A stretch of 16,872 bases of DNA from Candidatus Krumholzibacteriia bacterium. GTDB taxonomy: Bacteria; Krumholzibacteriota; Krumholzibacteriia; WVZY01. The stretch is from assembly GCA_046754105.1 (NCBI GenBank), contig JBHHVD010000070.1:1-16872 (forward strand). Direction: 5' to 3'. The position numbers were made by a program, and so were the translations under genes. Below are positions 16,164-16,872 of this stretch, in pieces. Every line of letters starts with the position of its first letter. Within the stretch, counting starts at the first letter, position 1. The notes under the pieces are model-generated. The model was not told where the DNA came from and ran no database searches. It was given only the letters and a program-made list of their open reading frames with translations.

Positions 16164-16364
16164 ATGCCCATGGGTGTAATAAAGTTCTTCAACGACCGCA
16201 AGGGATACGGATTCATCCAGAATGACCAGAACGAAAGTATCTACGTTCACCATTCATCGATCAAGAACGACGGCTACAGAACCCTCCAGGAGGGTCAGGA
16301 AGTCTGGTTCGACGTGCGCGAGAGCCATCGCGGCATGGAAGCGGTAAACGTCCACAAGATATAG
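16164..16364 (+). CDS. Cold-shock domain protein (CspA family), 66 aa
   Basis: GVIKFFNDRKGYGFI (RNP1), IYVHHSSI (RNP2) and GYRTLQEGQEV. The AGGAGG RBS overlaps the upstream TAG. Confidence 0.95.
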   Translation: MPMGVIKFFNDRKGYGFIQNDQNESIYVHHSSIKNDGYRTLQEGQEVWFDVRESHRGMEAVNVHKI

Positions 16365-16388
16365 CCCTTCGTCACCCCTTTCCCCGTC

Positions 16389-16419
16389 GGTTCGGGCCGC
16401 GGGCTTCCCGGCTCCAACC
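16389..16419. other. Imperfect hairpin between csp and secA
   Basis: GGTT-C-GGGCCG...CGGCTC-C-AACC. There is no U-tract, so it is not called a terminator. Confidence 0.35.
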
Positions 16420-16420
16420 C

Positions 16421-16449
16421 TTGCCAATTCATGCGTTATTTGTTAGGTT
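16421..16449 (+). promoter_or_regulatory. Candidate sigma70 promoter for secA
   Basis: TTGCCA (16421-16426), 17-bp spacer, TAGGTT (16444-16449), with an extended TG at 16441-16442. Confidence 0.5.
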
Positions 16450-16476
16450 GCAGGCGACTCTAACGGCGTACCGACC

Positions 16477-16872
16477 ATGAGAAAGCGCATCCTCAGCAAA
16501 TTATTCAAACCCAAGTCGGAGCGGGATTTCAACCGCCACCGCGGTTCGGTGGCGGAGATCAACCGTTTCGCGGAATCATTCGCCGGCTTCGGTGAGGCGG
16601 ACTTTGCGGCCAAGACGGGGGAGTTCAAGCAGCGCATCGCCGACGGGACGGGCCTGGGGGACATCCTGCCCGAGGCCTACGGCCTCGTCAAGGCGGGGTG
16701 CCGCTGGCTCGTCGGCCAATCGTGGGATGTTTGTGGCATCGAAGTCACATGGGAAATGGTGCCGTACGACGTACAGCTCGTGGGCGGCATCGTCCTGCAG
16801 GAGGGTGGAATCGCGGAAATGGCGACGGGCGAGGGTAAGACGCTGGTCGCGACGATGCCGATGTACCTCAAC
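16477..16872 (+). CDS. secA: Preprotein translocase ATPase SecA, 3'-partial
   Basis: Manual translation: [10 protein letters not shown]...KTGEFKQRI...[11 protein letters not shown]...[14 protein letters not shown]...[21 protein letters not shown] (Walker A). Open to the window edge. Confidence 0.97.
   Translation, partial: MRKRILSKLFKPKSERDFNRHRGSVAEINRFAESFAGFGEADFAAKTGEFKQRIADGTGLGDILPEAYGLVKAGCRWLVGQSWDVCGIEVTWEMVPYDVQLVGGIVLQEGGIAEMATGEGKTLVATMPMYLN

Overview
This is a GC-rich bacterial chromosomal segment, mostly housekeeping and envelope genes, with no mobile element, CRISPR array, tRNA or rRNA detected. An insert in SecA suggests an FCB/PVC-type lineage (inference). From left to right, the window starts with a minus-strand lipoprotein MltD-like lytic transglycosylase with LysM repeats, which runs off the left edge and is missing from the ORF track. 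It is divergent from a plus-strand run of GAF-like/GGDEF diguanylate cyclase, comEC (no beta-lactamase-like domain), purN, purC, purH, guaA and a TPR-Slt lytic transglycosylase. A ~380-bp intergenic region follows, with a sigma54-type promoter motif, repeated GCAAAnTGC boxes and several hairpins. Next comes an uncharacterised block: a TPR protein, a J-domain/TPR co-chaperone, a single-pass membrane protein joining an apparently degenerate PP2C-like domain to an 8-bladed PQQ-like propeller, and a cold-shock protein. The 5' part of secA ends the window and is also missing from the ORF track. The best candidates for novelty are this last block and the two sigma54-like promoters that share a motif. 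All functional ideas about them are hypotheses from reading the sequence by eye.
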